Source: Podarcis bocagei
Taxonomy: Eukaryota
Strand: one strand, 5' to 3'
Assembly: GCA_964188305.1 (NCBI GenBank)
Contig: OZ076886.1
Length of the DNA stretch: 64,000 bases
Each line of letters begins with the position of its first letter. Positions within the stretch are counted from its first letter, which is position 1. The notes under the pieces are model-generated. The model was not told where the DNA came from and did no database searches. It was given only the letters and a program-made list of their open reading frames with translations. The position numbers and the translations under genes were made by a program. This document shows, piece after piece, positions 11,221-23,294 of this stretch.

Positions 11221-12776
11221 CACAAAAATTGTGTATTTGAGTGAATGTGCTGTAACTGTAATGAAGGAACTGCACTTCTGAATTTGCTGCTTCACTACTG
11301 ATCCACCCTTGGTTAGAGCTCATTGGGCACATAGAGCAAGACATATCCTGGTAAACAAATGGTTCTCCTTAACATGCTCTAATTAAAAGCAAATGGCATT
11401 CAGCTGTTTTTGCCTGGTAGAGCTCATATGGTTTGATGTTTATTCCTACTGTATCCAAAAGTATTTAGACTTCACTAGCTCAGAATTCATGCCTGATTTC
11501 TAGATGTACTACTCAGTTGGCTCAAGAGAGAGGATAGTTTCATATTACTGAGGCATACCCATTTCTGACCGAAATCTGAGTGTGGAGTGTGCAGATGCCC
11601 ACAAACGAGAACCTGATCCACAAATAAAAGCTGCAATAAAAATGTTTCAATCTTTGCTTAAAGTTAGGATTGATTAACAACAAAAATGGAGTGTGGTGAG
11701 GAGCTCTGCCAGTTTTTCCATTTCATCTCACCATGGATTTTTGAGAAGAAGGTTCTTTTAAAAACCCTGGTATTTTATACTTTGGAAATAAGGCATTTGT
11801 ATAGATTTGGGCATATTCAATTAGAACCAACATTTTGTGAACCTTTCTGGCTTAGTTATCAAAATTTCATTTGGGTCACATCTATGAGCATTCACTTTGG
11901 GGATCTTTAGGTATGTCAGTGTTGTCCAAACCTCTGTTTATATAGATATCTGGAGGCACTACAAATGGCAAATTGAGGCTTTAAATAATAAAGCATGGAA
12001 CCTTATTTTTTTGCAATTTGGGATTTTGGTTGTGAGCTGTGGGTGTGGGTGGTAGCACCCAAAACTGAGTAAAAAGCTGCCATTTTAAGTGGGCATTGAA
12101 TCTTGTTTTATGTAGAACTCTATTATTCTATACAATTTTGTACAACTGTATAACCTTGCCAGCACCAAGCTCATCTCTTTTTTTATTTTTCTAGGCAATT
12201 TAAGTGCTATCTTCTTTTTTGTGTTATTGTATTTTAATTTCGTGTGATTAATCAGTCATGTCCTATGTATACTGCCCTGGTCTATGTAAGGATAAGGGGT
12301 GGGAGTAAAATATTATTAATAAACAGAAAAATACATTGTTGTGCTTCCAAATTCAGGAATTCTGGCACACACTTTGGATTTATGCCACAATTTGCCTCCC
12401 CCTTAGTAATATGTGTGCATATAATTATGAGTACGTGTTGGGATTTAGTTTTATCAGAGTGCTCAGTGAGACTGCTGAGTTACTGCTGAAATGCCACAAA
12501 GCAACAGGGACAGATTTCGAACTGCAGGAGTGAGGGCAACTAAAGGAGCAGAATCTAGCACTTCAGCCTTGCAGATGAAAGACACATGAAATTCTCCTGT
12601 TGCTCTGTAAGAGATACTTCAGTGTTCACAGCACAGTTGGGCTGAAGCCACATCGCCCACCCCTGACCCACCCACTCACACTGGTCAACCCAGACAGACA
12701 ACCATTCAACTGAGCACAGGAATGCAAATAATAGTGGTAGTCAACATCATCACGGAAGATTGAGACAAAATGTGTA

Positions 12777-13026
12777 CAGTCGTACCTTGAAAGTCAAACA
12801 GAATCCGTTCCGGAAGTCCATTCGACTTCCAAAACATTCACAAACTAGAGCGCGGCTTCTGATTGGCTGCAGGAAGCTCCTGCAGCCAATTGGAAGCTGC
12901 GGAAGCCCCGTTGGACGTTTGGCTTCCAAAAATAGTTTGCAAACTGGAACAATCACTTCCGGGTTTGTGGAGTTCGGGAGCCAAAATGTTTGAGAACTAA
13001 GCTGTTTGAAAACCAAGGAACGACTG
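12777..13026. mobile_element. Tc1/mariner (Tigger/pogo-like) MITE, family B
   Basis: TIRs CAGTCGTACCTTG / CAAGGAACGACTG with TA flanks; internal palindrome ATTGGCTGCAGGAAGCTCCTGCAGCCAAT. Confidence 0.85.
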
Positions 13027-13915
13027 TATATCTAAGTTCCATTCAGCATAGACCTATTGGAATTAATATATCTATGTCAATCATGCCCATTAATTCCAAT
13101 GGGTTCACTAGTGGTTGCAACCAATTGTGGACAAAACTCCAGCAATATGTCTAAGAAAGGAAAGTTACAAGTTATGCACATGCTTAGGGGACAAATCATG
13201 GAGCCACATGGGACCATCTTGCAGTTCCATTGTGATACTGACAACTGCCCACATCCCATTCCATCTCAATGGTGCAGCTGAGGTATCTCACACCTACATA
13301 AAGAAAATGCTCTCTATTTTAATACTCAAGCCCCTTAAATACTGAAATGCTGGCTTAATGGTTTGATCATTTCTCCTGGTCTTTAGTATGTCCAAATAAA
13401 TATTCAGAAGAGTGCATTTGACTGTGGGTCTGATTTGCAGAATTTTTATTTTTATTTATTTATTTTACTCTGCGTTTCAATCATCCACAAAACCAGATAA
13501 TTTTTATGGAAATCAGACAAACTGCAGGGGCACCAGGTAAATATGGAAGCCTAATGCCAACAGGTCAATGTCTACTGTGCCTTGAAGTCTGTAGGCAATT
13601 AAAAAGAAATTCAATATCCTGCTTTTAAAAAGTTTTTGGCAAAGTAATATTATTAGTCTGCTAAGGCATATCCTGCTGTTCTCCTTGGAAAGCCAAGCAA
13701 ACGGAAGGAATTCCCCAAGGCTATTCAAACAAACTTATGGTGGTGTTGAGAAGAGGGGCAATGTACGGGCACCCACATTAGGCTGGCTACCAGGGCTGCT
13801 TTGAATGTGGGGCTTCCTTTTGAGAAAATGTTTCAAAAATGAAAGAAAATCTGGAACACTGCACATTTGGAACTAAGGCTTTGTAGAACGCGAGTGACTG
13901 AGTCAGACCATTGTA

Positions 13916-14153
13916 TAGTGGTACCTCGGGTTAAGTACTTAATTCGTTCTGGAGGTCCGTTCTTAGCCTGAAACTGTTCTTAACCTGAAGCACCACTTTA
14001 GCTAATGGGGCCTCCTGCTGCGGCTGCGCCATGGCTGCACGATTTCTGTTCTCATCCTGAAGCAAAGTTCTTAATCCGAGGTAATATTTCTGGGTTAGTG
14101 GAGTCTGTAACCTGAAGCGCCTGTAACCTGAAGTGTATGTAACCCGAGGTATT
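13916..14153. mobile_element. Tc1/mariner MITE, family A
   Basis: AGTGGTACCTCGGGTTAAG...AACCCGAGGTA; right TIR truncated; homologous to four other copies. Confidence 0.85.
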
Positions 14154-14966
14154 GGAGTTACTAAGAAGAACAAGGTACCAAATGGCTTTTCATGTATAAG
14201 AATCTCCTGCGCACATAGATTTGCTGTGTCTTTCTAGTCAAATTAAAAAGTGAATTTCAGGAGCTCCATGATGAATCCACCTTTGCAAAGAAGTGATTTT
14301 GTCAAATTAAGAGCAAGTGCAAACCTGGGGTGGGGGAAAGTGGGGCACTTCTTTTTTTTACATGTGCTGTTCTAAAGCTAGCATTTTCTATCCCATGTAC
14401 ACATTTTCTCCTCTTCTCAAATGGCCACCCCATTCATTCTCCTTCATCCTTCAAATTCTCCCACTCACACAAGGTGCAGTGGTTCATCCATCTTCCATTC
14501 TCCTCCTCCTCAGGATACAGACAACTTCCTAAAGCTAAGCTGGTCTCAGGGTCCATTCACACATTCATTTGTCCTGTGATTTCTAGTATTTTGTATCAAT
14601 CAATTTTCACAAGCCCAGGAGGTTTCTTCTTCTTCTCCTGACACTTTCCCTGGGAAAGCCAACTGTTTACTGCTCAATTAAAACAAACGCCAACACATGA
14701 AAAACACAAAGAATAATTTGTTCCTCTTCTGAACCAGTCCAAAAATAGCTCCTGGGTGAGATTTCATGTGTTTTCCTGGAAGCTGTGTTGGGGGTGGTCT
14801 GCTCCCAGCTCCTTTCCTCCTTTCCCCACGTACCCCTGAAAGATATTATTTTCCAGTTGTCTCCCCAGCTTCAAGAAGTGCACTTCCAGATTTTCAGGAT
14901 GCTTAACCCCCCCCCCCGGTTTAGCACTCATATAAAAATTGTGAATGAACAATATATGTGCAAAAT

Positions 14967-15008
14967 GTGTGTGTGTGTGTGTGTGCGTGCGCGCGCGTGC
15001 GCGCACGC
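14967..15008. repeat. (TG)n grading into (CG)n alternating purine-pyrimidine tract
   Basis: TGTGTG...GTGCGTGCGCGCGCGTGCGCGCACGC. Confidence 0.9.
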
Positions 15009-15495
15009 TCCTGCTTGTTTGTTTGGATTGATGGCAGTGGTTCCAATCACAGCTTTATTTTCTGGCTTTAATAATATGCATTGGAATGGTCCTGGTTCTT
15101 TTTGATAGTCTGGTTATCCAGTTTTCTGATTCTTTGGTTTTCTGATTCTCTGCCACAGGTGGGTGGAGCTGAAGGTGGAGACAACACAAAAAGCAGACTA
15201 TTGATTATATGAAATATGAATGAGAAAACACCGGCTTTCAGGGGTCTTTTCCCAAGTAAAATCTGGGGCAAAAATCACAAGTGGGAACATGCAGCCCAGA
15301 CAAAATTGAAAATGGGGCAAAAAGGTATGGATTTATGGGGAAGTGTGGCTGAGGCCACAGTCTGATCAATGCCTAGATGTGAGACCACTTTGGACTTCCA
15401 GAATATGTTACTAGCAGGCTCATAGCAGCAATAAGTATCCTAAGTTTATGTTCACATAGAAGGTAGACTTTGAAAACAGGATATAGTTGATATTA

Positions 15496-15884
15496 GGGAT
15501 GCGGGTGGCACTGTGATCTAAACCACTGAGCCTCTTGGGCTTGCTGATCAGAAGGTTGGCAGTTCGAATCCCCAGGGTGAGCTCCTGTTGCTCTGTCCCA
15601 GCTTCTGCCAACCTAGCAGTTCAAAAGCACACCAGTGCAAGTAGATAAATAGGTACCGCTGCAGCGGGAAGGAAAATGGCATTTCCATGTGCTCTAGTTT
15701 CTGTCACGGTGTCCAGTTGTGCCGGAAGCGGTTCAGTCATGCTGGCCACATGACCCAGAAAGCTGTCTGTGAACAAACACCAACTCCCTCAGCCTGAAAA
15801 TGAGATGACTGCCGCAAACCCATAGTCGCCTTTGACTGGACTTAACCGCCATGAGGTCCTTTACCTTTACATTTTTTAAAACCT
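15496..15884 (+). mobile_element. Sauria SINE, second subfamily
   Basis: GGGATGCGGGTGGCACTG head, CCTTTACCTTTAC tail; TSD TATAGTTGATATT at 15482-15494 and 15885-15897. Confidence 0.9.
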
Positions 15885-16152
15885 TATAGTTGATATTCTG
15901 CAGGTTTTTGCAGTGTCTCCACCTCCCAGGAACTATTTCTCAGTTGACTGTCTCATCCTCTTTCCATGCCCTTTCCTTAGCCCCTTATCTCTGTCCACAA
16001 CTCTGTTGTTAAAATGATCCCATTTGTCTGCTTGTTCAGCCACATCAGTCATCAACAATCTCTTCAGATCCTTTCCCCTTTGTATCTGACACAAACTCTT
16101 TGTTCTTCTCTTCAAGGCTCTCAGCAGCTTACCCTCACCTATATCATGTGTT

Positions 16153-16380
16153 AACATAAGAAGAGGCCTACCAAATGAAGACCTCTCTAGCCTAGCATCC
16201 TGTTCTTAGCCAATCAGATGCCTATGAAGAGAAAAACACAAGAGGAGCCTGCTGGATCAGGCCAATGGCCCATCTAGTCCAGCATCCTGTTCTCCCAATG
16301 GCCAACCAGTTACCAGTAAGATACCCATAAGCAGGGGTCCAGCACAAGAGCCCTGTCCCTTCCCATGCTTTCCAGTACTG
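16153..16380 (-). mobile_element. Two tandem old CR1-type 3' end fragments
   Basis: AACATAAGAAGAG.CC...CTAG.CTAGCATCCTGTTC occurs twice; related fragments near 18575, 44627, 49108 and 50690. Confidence 0.55.
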
Positions 16381-16846
16381 CTGTGACCAACCCAGTTGGT
16401 CTACATGGACATTTTGTGTCTCTTTTGAGACACATTGAGTGCTTTTGGAAAGACTTGCACTTTTCTTTCAACCTTCAGCCAATCAAAATGGGGGCAATAA
16501 GTTCCTGTTTCTCAAGAAAAATGCTTTTCACTATCCATTTCTTGAGAACCTGGTCAGCACTTTTAGTTCTTGGCCACTCACCGCCTACCTGTCCCTCAAA
16601 AAATAGGGGTGAGTCCAGCAGCACTTCCAGGTTCACAAAAAAGCACCACAACTCCTTTGTTTAACTTATCATTGCATTTCTAAGCTTTCCTTAGAAACAT
16701 TTACAGAAGGCGCATCAATAGATCTGAACAAGTAACATTCAGCTGAGCTACTTGTTGGCCCAGGAAGGCTCTCTTCCAGAAAAGTGCAGAGACTCTGAGT
16801 CTGGCAGCCATTCTCTGATCACTCTAAACCTCTTGTTGACTAGCTG

Positions 16847-16864
16847 GTTGTTTGTTTGTTTGTT

Positions 16865-16902
<38 letters not shown>

Positions 16903-16904
16903 CA
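16847..16904. repeat. (TTTG)n(TG)n compound microsatellite
   Basis: Direct reading. Confidence 0.9.
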
Positions 16905-17681
16905 CATTAAAGTAAATACATTTGGGATTCAGGAGGGGAAAGAGTCCCCCTTCCACCCCCCACCCTCTGGTGGCTTTGACTGTCCTTTAAGGGAATGAAA
17001 GAGATCTATGCTTGGACACCAAAGAGCAGAAAACACTCTTGAATGACATAGCAGCCGCATCTGAAGAGTATGGCACCTTCTTAAGGTCAATGACTTCCAT
17101 TTAGAGGTCAGGAAGCTCTGCAGGGAAGTGACTCAATGGCAGGCATACACAATCAGCCATCAATTCCTCCTGAGCTTTTAGGAGTTGAAGGCCATCAAAT
17201 GACATTAAAGAGGGAAAGGGTAATTTTCTATGAGGTTGCAACGTGGCTTCATGATGTAGCCTTGACATTATCACCTTCCAAGAAATCCAGGGCGAAATCA
17301 TAATTGATTTTAAAGGATTCTCTCTCCCCCGCCCTCTCATTTCATAGAATTTATTTATTTTTATTTTAAAGCTTGTCAAATGTGTACAAATTTTGAAGGG
17401 AGAATGCTGCAGCAATCATTTTTTTAATTATTATGGAAAAAGAATATGTCACAATTACAGTTATGACCAAGAAGATGGCTTATATTTCCTAGTTGAATTA
17501 TCACAGCTTTATTGATAGTTGTGATATAGGGCTACAGCGTCAGGATAGTACAACACTGCTTGCCATAAAGCTGTTTCAGATTTACTTGTAACTGTTTGAT
17601 AGAGCAGCCTTGTATCTGAGCTAATGCTACAATATTGCAGCTTAGCAATCAAGGAATAAAAGGAGAGGTAACTATGCAAAA

Positions 17682-18068
17682 GGGATGCGGGTGGCGCTGT
17701 GAGTTAAACCACAGAGCCTAGGACTTGCCGATCAGAAGGTCGGTGGTTCGAATCCCCGCAACGGGGTGAGCTCCCGTTGCTCAGTCCCTGCTCCTGAAGA
17801 AGAAGAAGAAGAAGAAGAGTTTGGATTTGATATCCCGCCTTTCAGTTCGAAAACACATCAAAGTGCAAGTAGATAAATAGGTACCGCTCCAGCGGGAAGG
17901 TAAACGGCGTTTCCGTGCACTGCTCTGGTTCGCCAGAAGCGGCTTAGTCATGCTGGCCACATGACCCGTAAGCTGCACGCCGGCTCCCTCGGCCAATAAA
18001 GAGAGATGAGTGCCGCAACCCCGGAGTCGGCCATGACTGGACCTAATGGTCAGGAGTCCCTTTACCTT
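17682..18068 (+). mobile_element. Sauria SINE with an internal antisense SINE-tail insertion
   Basis: Full head and tail; TSD TAACTATG(C/T)AAA at 17669-17680 and 18069-18080. Confidence 0.9.
17797..17842 (-). mobile_element. Extreme 3' end of a Squam3-type SINE with (CTT)n tail
   Basis: Minus strand AAAGGCGGGATATCAAATCCAAACTCTTCTTC matches the tail of the 35078-35329 element. Confidence 0.8.
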
Positions 18069-18420
18069 TAACTATGTAAAGAGCAGGAAGAGTGTTGGAA
18101 CTAATGGACTATTTTCATAATGGTGGAATGCAAAAAATAGAGTCCCCCATGGACCTGTGCTTTGTAACTTGTTCATAAATTATCTAAAGTTGAGGGTGAG
18201 CCATGAACTATTCAAATTTGCTTATGACACCAAATTGTTTAGGGAAGTAGGAGATCCTGAGGGGCTCCAAAAGGAGAGCCCCTTCAAAGTGGGTGAACTG
18301 AATGAACATTTAAATAGCAAATGTGATTTGATGTAATTAGGTGCAAAGTGATGCGCATTGGGGCCAAACATCCTAACTTCACCTATATGCATATGGGATC
18401 TGAATTGGCAGTGGCTGACC

Positions 18421-18548
18421 AGGGCTGTGTACACACTATACTTTAAAAGCACATGGCTTCGCCCAAAGAATCCCAGAAACTTTGCATTGTTAAGAGTGTT
18501 GGGAATTGTAGCTCTGTGAGGGATAAATACCCATTTTCAGGATTCTTT
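18421..18548. mobile_element. Old MITE fragment, related to ~9770-9845
   Basis: GGGAATTGTAGCTCTGT and CCCAAAGAATCC motifs, shared in reverse orientation with 9775-9840. Confidence 0.4.
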
Positions 18549-19212
18549 ATGCTCATGCCCAGCTTGCTGGATTTCCAGAAGTATCTGGCTGGCCACTGGG
18601 AGAACAGGATGGATTGTGGATGAGGAAGGACTTTAGTCTCATCCAGGAGAGTTCTTCTTAATGCAACTTATACTGTGTCCCACACCCAGACCCTATGCTT
18701 GTTGACTCTGAAGAAAGCCCCATGCAGTTCAGAGAGACTGAGTTCCAAGTAAGTGTGGTTAGAACAGCAACCCAGTTGGCAAAGAGAGGTCTAGTCTCGG
18801 GCATCATATAAAATGGGGAGGAGTGGACCTGTGTTGTGGCATGCCTACTTAGGATCTTGCAGTTGCTTAGAACCCTGGATTCAGCACAGCTACACCATTG
18901 CAACTTAATCCTATGTCTGCAAAACAGGAGAGACTCATCTGCCCTTGTAACTGCATATTCTGCATTTGTACAAAAAAAATATTAAATTTCATACAACGGT
19001 GTACCAACTTCCTTTCTGTCAGGCTGGAAAAGACTCTGTGAGATGGACTGTTCCCCACTTCTTCAGAATGCATGCATGCTGTATATTTCTGCATCTACAC
19101 TGTGCTAAGTGATACAATCATAGTACTGTATCTTAAAGATGATTGTCAACAGCATAACTAAATGAGACAACATTTCCTTTTAAAAAAAGCAACTAGCACA
19201 ACCTATTTAACA

Positions 19213-19276
19213 TATCTATCTCTCTCGCTCTATCTATCTCTATCTATCATCTATCTATCTATCTATCTATCTATCA
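19213..19276. repeat. (TC)n/(TATC)n microsatellite
   Basis: Direct reading. Confidence 0.9.
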
Positions 19277-19828
19277 TCACATGGTAGCCCTTTGCTCTTC
19301 AAAGACTGCTCTGTTCCATAGTCACTTGTCCCCCGATTCACACCTGAACAAATTGCATTTTCTATGATTAATACTTACATTTTAGATATTTTATTCCATT
19401 TGTCAATGGTTAATTCTGCCAAGTCCTGTGGCCTATGCTAGCAATTAACACCACTTAAGAGCTTTTCAATGGGATAATCACCCTCATTCAAATGGTAATG
19501 ACTATTAGCCCAGTGCTCATGCCTTCATTTGGAGGCCAGGTAGGCTCTGCTTTGGGGTGGATACTAAAAACTTTTAAAGACTGCATTGTCTCTGGATAGA
19601 ACAGCACAAAGGAAGAGTTCCTTCACTCCCAGCCCCACCACAGGAAGTGATGGAACTAATTACAGTCCAGACTCTGGCTTGTATGGGGGGGGGGAGAGAT
19701 TCTGGGGAACAGAGGACAATGGGAAGAGGATAGTATCCAGCACCCCCATCATAAACACAGCTACAAAGACTTCAGGCAGAGCTTTCCTTAGCAGATCCAG
19801 GCTGAAAACATCAAAGCATTCACTAGAC

Positions 19829-19965
19829 CAGGGGTCAACAAGGTTTACCGGCCATGGGCAGGATCACTCCCATGGATATCGTCTGTGGGCCAGACTGCCA
19901 CAGCACGACACCGGAAATCACATCTGCGCATGTCCGCGGCACCAGATATCACTTCTGCGCATGCC
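19829..19965 (+). mobile_element. Left end of a hAT-type element, cut off by the Penelope copy
   Basis: CAGGGGTCAACAA terminus like the 50929 and 63112 copies; internal repeat TCTGCGCATG; no right TIR found. Confidence 0.6.
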
Positions 19966-19977
19966 TATATTGTCCAA

Positions 19978-20250
19978 TATATTGGACAAACAGGACAAAC
20001 CCTACGCCAAAAGGATATATGGATATAACTCTGACATCAGGAATCATAAGACAGAGAAACCAGCAGGAGAACACTTCAATCTCTCTCAGGACATTCTATA
20101 CAAGATCTCAAAGTAGCTGTCTTATTACAAAAGAATTTCAGAAATAGACTGGAAAGAGAAGTTGCTGAATTGCAACTTATTACCAAACTTAAAACCATGG
20201 AGAGACCAGGTCTGAATAGAGACATTGGATCCTTATCTCATTATACATGA
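19978..20250 (+). pseudogene. GIY-YIG endonuclease C-terminal remnant of a Penelope-like element
   Basis: YIG motif, conserved R, H, E and the GLN motif; frameshifts. Confidence 0.85.
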
Positions 20251-20428
20251 TAAAGCTATTTTTAGCCATTTCACCCCTTGCTTTTTCCTGTAACCAATTG
20301 CAGTCATTAACAGTCGTCAACAGGTTTACCACACCTATCAGCCAATCACCCATTCCCACCACCCTTCTGAGTAATACCCCTCCCCACCCTCTCACTATAT
20401 ATAAGGGTCTGGTGACTTCTGTTTCAGT

Positions 20429-20466
20429 GTATCTGAAGAAGTGTGCATGCACACGAAAGCTCATAC
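20429..20466 (+). ncRNA. Minimal type I hammerhead ribozyme in pLTR
   Basis: GTAT-CTGAAGA-A-GTGTG(CATG)CACAC-GAAA-GC-TC-ATAC; predicted cleavage after C20462. Confidence 0.8.
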
Positions 20467-20790
20467 CAATAACAAACTTAGTTGGTCTCTAAGGTGCTAC
20501 TGGAAGGAATTTTTAAATTTTGTTTCGAGAGAGAGTTTTGTTATACACTAAATATATGTTTGGAATGACATATGAAGGGTACCAAAAAGTATAATTTGTT
20601 CATTTCTTACATTGACTACCACCAAAAACAACCTTCCTGAAAGAATTAAAAATTTTGTAAGGCTAGTGCTACAAGGTGGAAGCAGGTTCTTCCATTCAAA
20701 CTCTTCTTTCCTTATGTAAAATGGCGGCCGGGATAGGGGAGGGGGAGATTAGAAGGGAGGAAAATATGGGGGGGAGGGAATAATCCTCCA

Positions 20791-20876
20791 GACCTACCTC
20801 ACAGGACTGCTGAAGTGATGAATGACATACAGATGATGAAGCACTTTGCGCTCCAAGAAGCTTTGCTGAATAAATG
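20791..20876 (+). mobile_element. Ancient MIR/CORE-like SINE remnant
   Basis: ACCTACCTCACAGG..GCTG..GATGAATGA..ATA...AAGCACTTTG resembles the MIR core and tail. Confidence 0.45.
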
Positions 20877-22222
20877 AGTGTTCAGACACAAGAGATGACG
20901 TAAAATGAAATCACCTCTAAAATGCACCACATGGATGGACACACACACACAGAACCTTGTGCAGACAGAGAAAGATCTTTTGGCAGTCAGGATCCCAGCG
21001 TAAAGTCTCCTCATGCATGAGACATTGAGAATGGCTCCTTCCTCACCCTGCTCACATACTTGGGGGCGCCTATTATCGTATGTAGCTGTGGGGAAGCCAG
21101 TGCCAGTGTGGCGGTAACTTTCACTCCTTTTGTGTCCCTTTTCCAGTTTGATTTCATGTTTGCCTGTCTCCAGCCTTCAAGCGCCCAAAGCGGCATTCCT
21201 TTCTCACTGACACCCCCTGCTCACCCCCCGGGACCCCCTGGGGCCTGTGACACTTGTTTGGTGGAGACAAACCAAGAGGGGCCTGTACGTTTGCCATGGA
21301 AACAAAGGCCTGTTTTCAAACACTGCAAAAATAAACTGTTTCTCTCTTAGACCCTTTAATGACTTGATCTCTCTTTATCTGTGGTGCAAGGGATTGTCCT
21401 TTTTTAAAAAAAAAAAAGGCACAAAAGTTTCAGTTATAATGATTCTTTATGAAGATGTGTCACCGGGTAAGCGCAAGCATTTATATTTATGTAGGATCTA
21501 TAAATATGAAGGGGTTTTGTGCCTCCCCAGGGGCAAAAGACGTTCCTCTTTACTGTGGCAGTTTATGTTTTCCTTGCTAGCAGAGTCCTTATATTTCAGT
21601 GTTGAATAAATAGTCCCCGGTGTTGTGTGCAGTGGCTCCAGGGCTCCCTGCTGAGAGCCTACCCTTAATACAAACAATGCAACACATTTATTCTAAGCTG
21701 ACCAAACTGACCTCCAAAAGTTTGTTCCCTCCATTGGGATTGCTCAGTCCTTTTCAGAGTACTGAAAGCCCCACACAAAGACCTCCCTTCCATCTACTGT
21801 CCCGTCCTAAACAAAACTAGGGTGGGGAGGACGGAGTGGGGGAAAGGAGGAAGAAATCAGAAAACCTTGATCCCTCTACCCTAAAAAGGGGAAATTAAGG
21901 AATTTGCATTTTAACCCCTTCAGTATCTGTCTGGTCCCTTAAAACAAAACAAAGCAAAATAAAACAAAACAAAACAAAAGAAGAGAAGCTTTCTTTTCTA
22001 TACTTCTGAGAAGTTCTAGGCCCACGTCAGCCTTGAGCAGCTGAGGGCCAAGCAAAGATCAGGATCCCTACTGTGAAGAAAGGCTTGTCTTTTCTTCCCC
22101 TTGCATTCTTATTTGTCTAGAGCTTTAAAAAATGCTGTGAAATAGACTCTTTTTTCCCTAGACTCCCTAGTCCCCTCTCCTACCCCTCTTTCTGCTGCCA
22201 TAGATGTTTATCTTTAAAGATT

Positions 22223-22223
<1 letters not shown>

Positions 22224-22266
<43 letters not shown>
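22224..22266. repeat. (CA)n microsatellite
   Basis: Direct reading. Confidence 0.95.
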
Positions 22267-22271
<5 letters not shown>

Positions 22272-22975
22272 CCAATTGCATTTTTAAAAAGCCGATCTTC
22301 CCAGGCTAGAAAAATGGAGGGATGAATGATCCAATATCCTGTGAAAATTGCTCACTCTCCCACTACTTCTCCATCCACGAATCCTGATGACTTAATCCCC
22401 CTTTTTATTAAATAATATGTCATTCTTGGCAGGAATGACCAGGGTACACCTTGAACGAACACACTTCCTCCTCACATTGTAAATAGCAGGACATTTCTGA
22501 GGCATCCATAGCCACACATCTGACCTGCCAGGTATACAACACACTGTGCTTCTTCTGTCTTGTCTTTGCCAAAGGTCACCTGCAGTTACAATATATGGGA
22601 ATCGATGCGAGTGCAGCATTATCAGATTATAAACTGCACCGCTTTGAAGAAGAACAAAAATCCATGCCAAAAGTGGGGGGCTGGTTTCTTGGGAACAAGA
22701 CACGTTTGCCTTCATGGCCTATAACTCTTGTCTAATCCCATCATTTGAAAAGTTTCTAGGTTGTTTTCCTCAACCCACCCATCAACACCCATCACATTGA
22801 TGAGAAAGAAATAAAGAAACCAGGCTCAAGCACAATTATTGCTATATAGCTCCTCCACCTCACAAGACTGTCCTGCACATTTGTTGGGGTTCTGCATTAG
22901 TATATCCTTGTCCTAGACCTAGGAAATATACAAAGACAGTTGAAGGGTGGGCTGATGCTATGAATAATGTAAAGG

Positions 22976-23294
22976 CGATGATGTATTTGGGTACTGTAGA
23001 TATTAGGGGACGTGAGAGGGATGTGTTTTGGAGAAAGCTGAAAAGCCTTTGTTAAGCTGTGGGTGAACATATCAGACGACACAGCGATTCTCCAAACAGC
23101 TCTTGTTTATTCACAGGTCAGAACAGAACTGAACAGTAAACAGCTCAGCTGGCCTGCTTTTATAGGCAGCCGGCTGTCAACATTGTAGCAACAACAACCC
23201 AGGGTTTCCTGCCTAAAGTAACTGATGTGGACCTGAGTGAAAACTACATACATGATACACCATTTGGCCAGGGTGAAAACTTCAATACATAACA
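22976..23294 (-). mobile_element. Probable solo LTR (Gypsy-like)
   Basis: Imperfect terminal inverted repeat TGATGTATT...AATACATAACA; minus-strand TATAAAA near 23158-23164 upstream of AATAAA near 23106-23111; no clean TSD. Confidence 0.5.

Larger units (their letters stand above)
19970..20528 (+). mobile_element. 5'-truncated Penelope-like retroelement (GIY-YIG end plus pLTR)
   Basis: YIGQTGQTLRQR..SDIRNHKTEKPAGEHFN..HSIQDLKVAVL..RLEREVAELQLITKLKT..GLNRD (frameshifted); then TATATAA and a hammerhead. Confidence 0.9.

Noticed and set aside
19586-20116. 176-aa ORF
   Set aside because: Spans unique DNA, a hAT end and a Penelope fragment; only the last ~30 residues are real GIY-YIG sequence.
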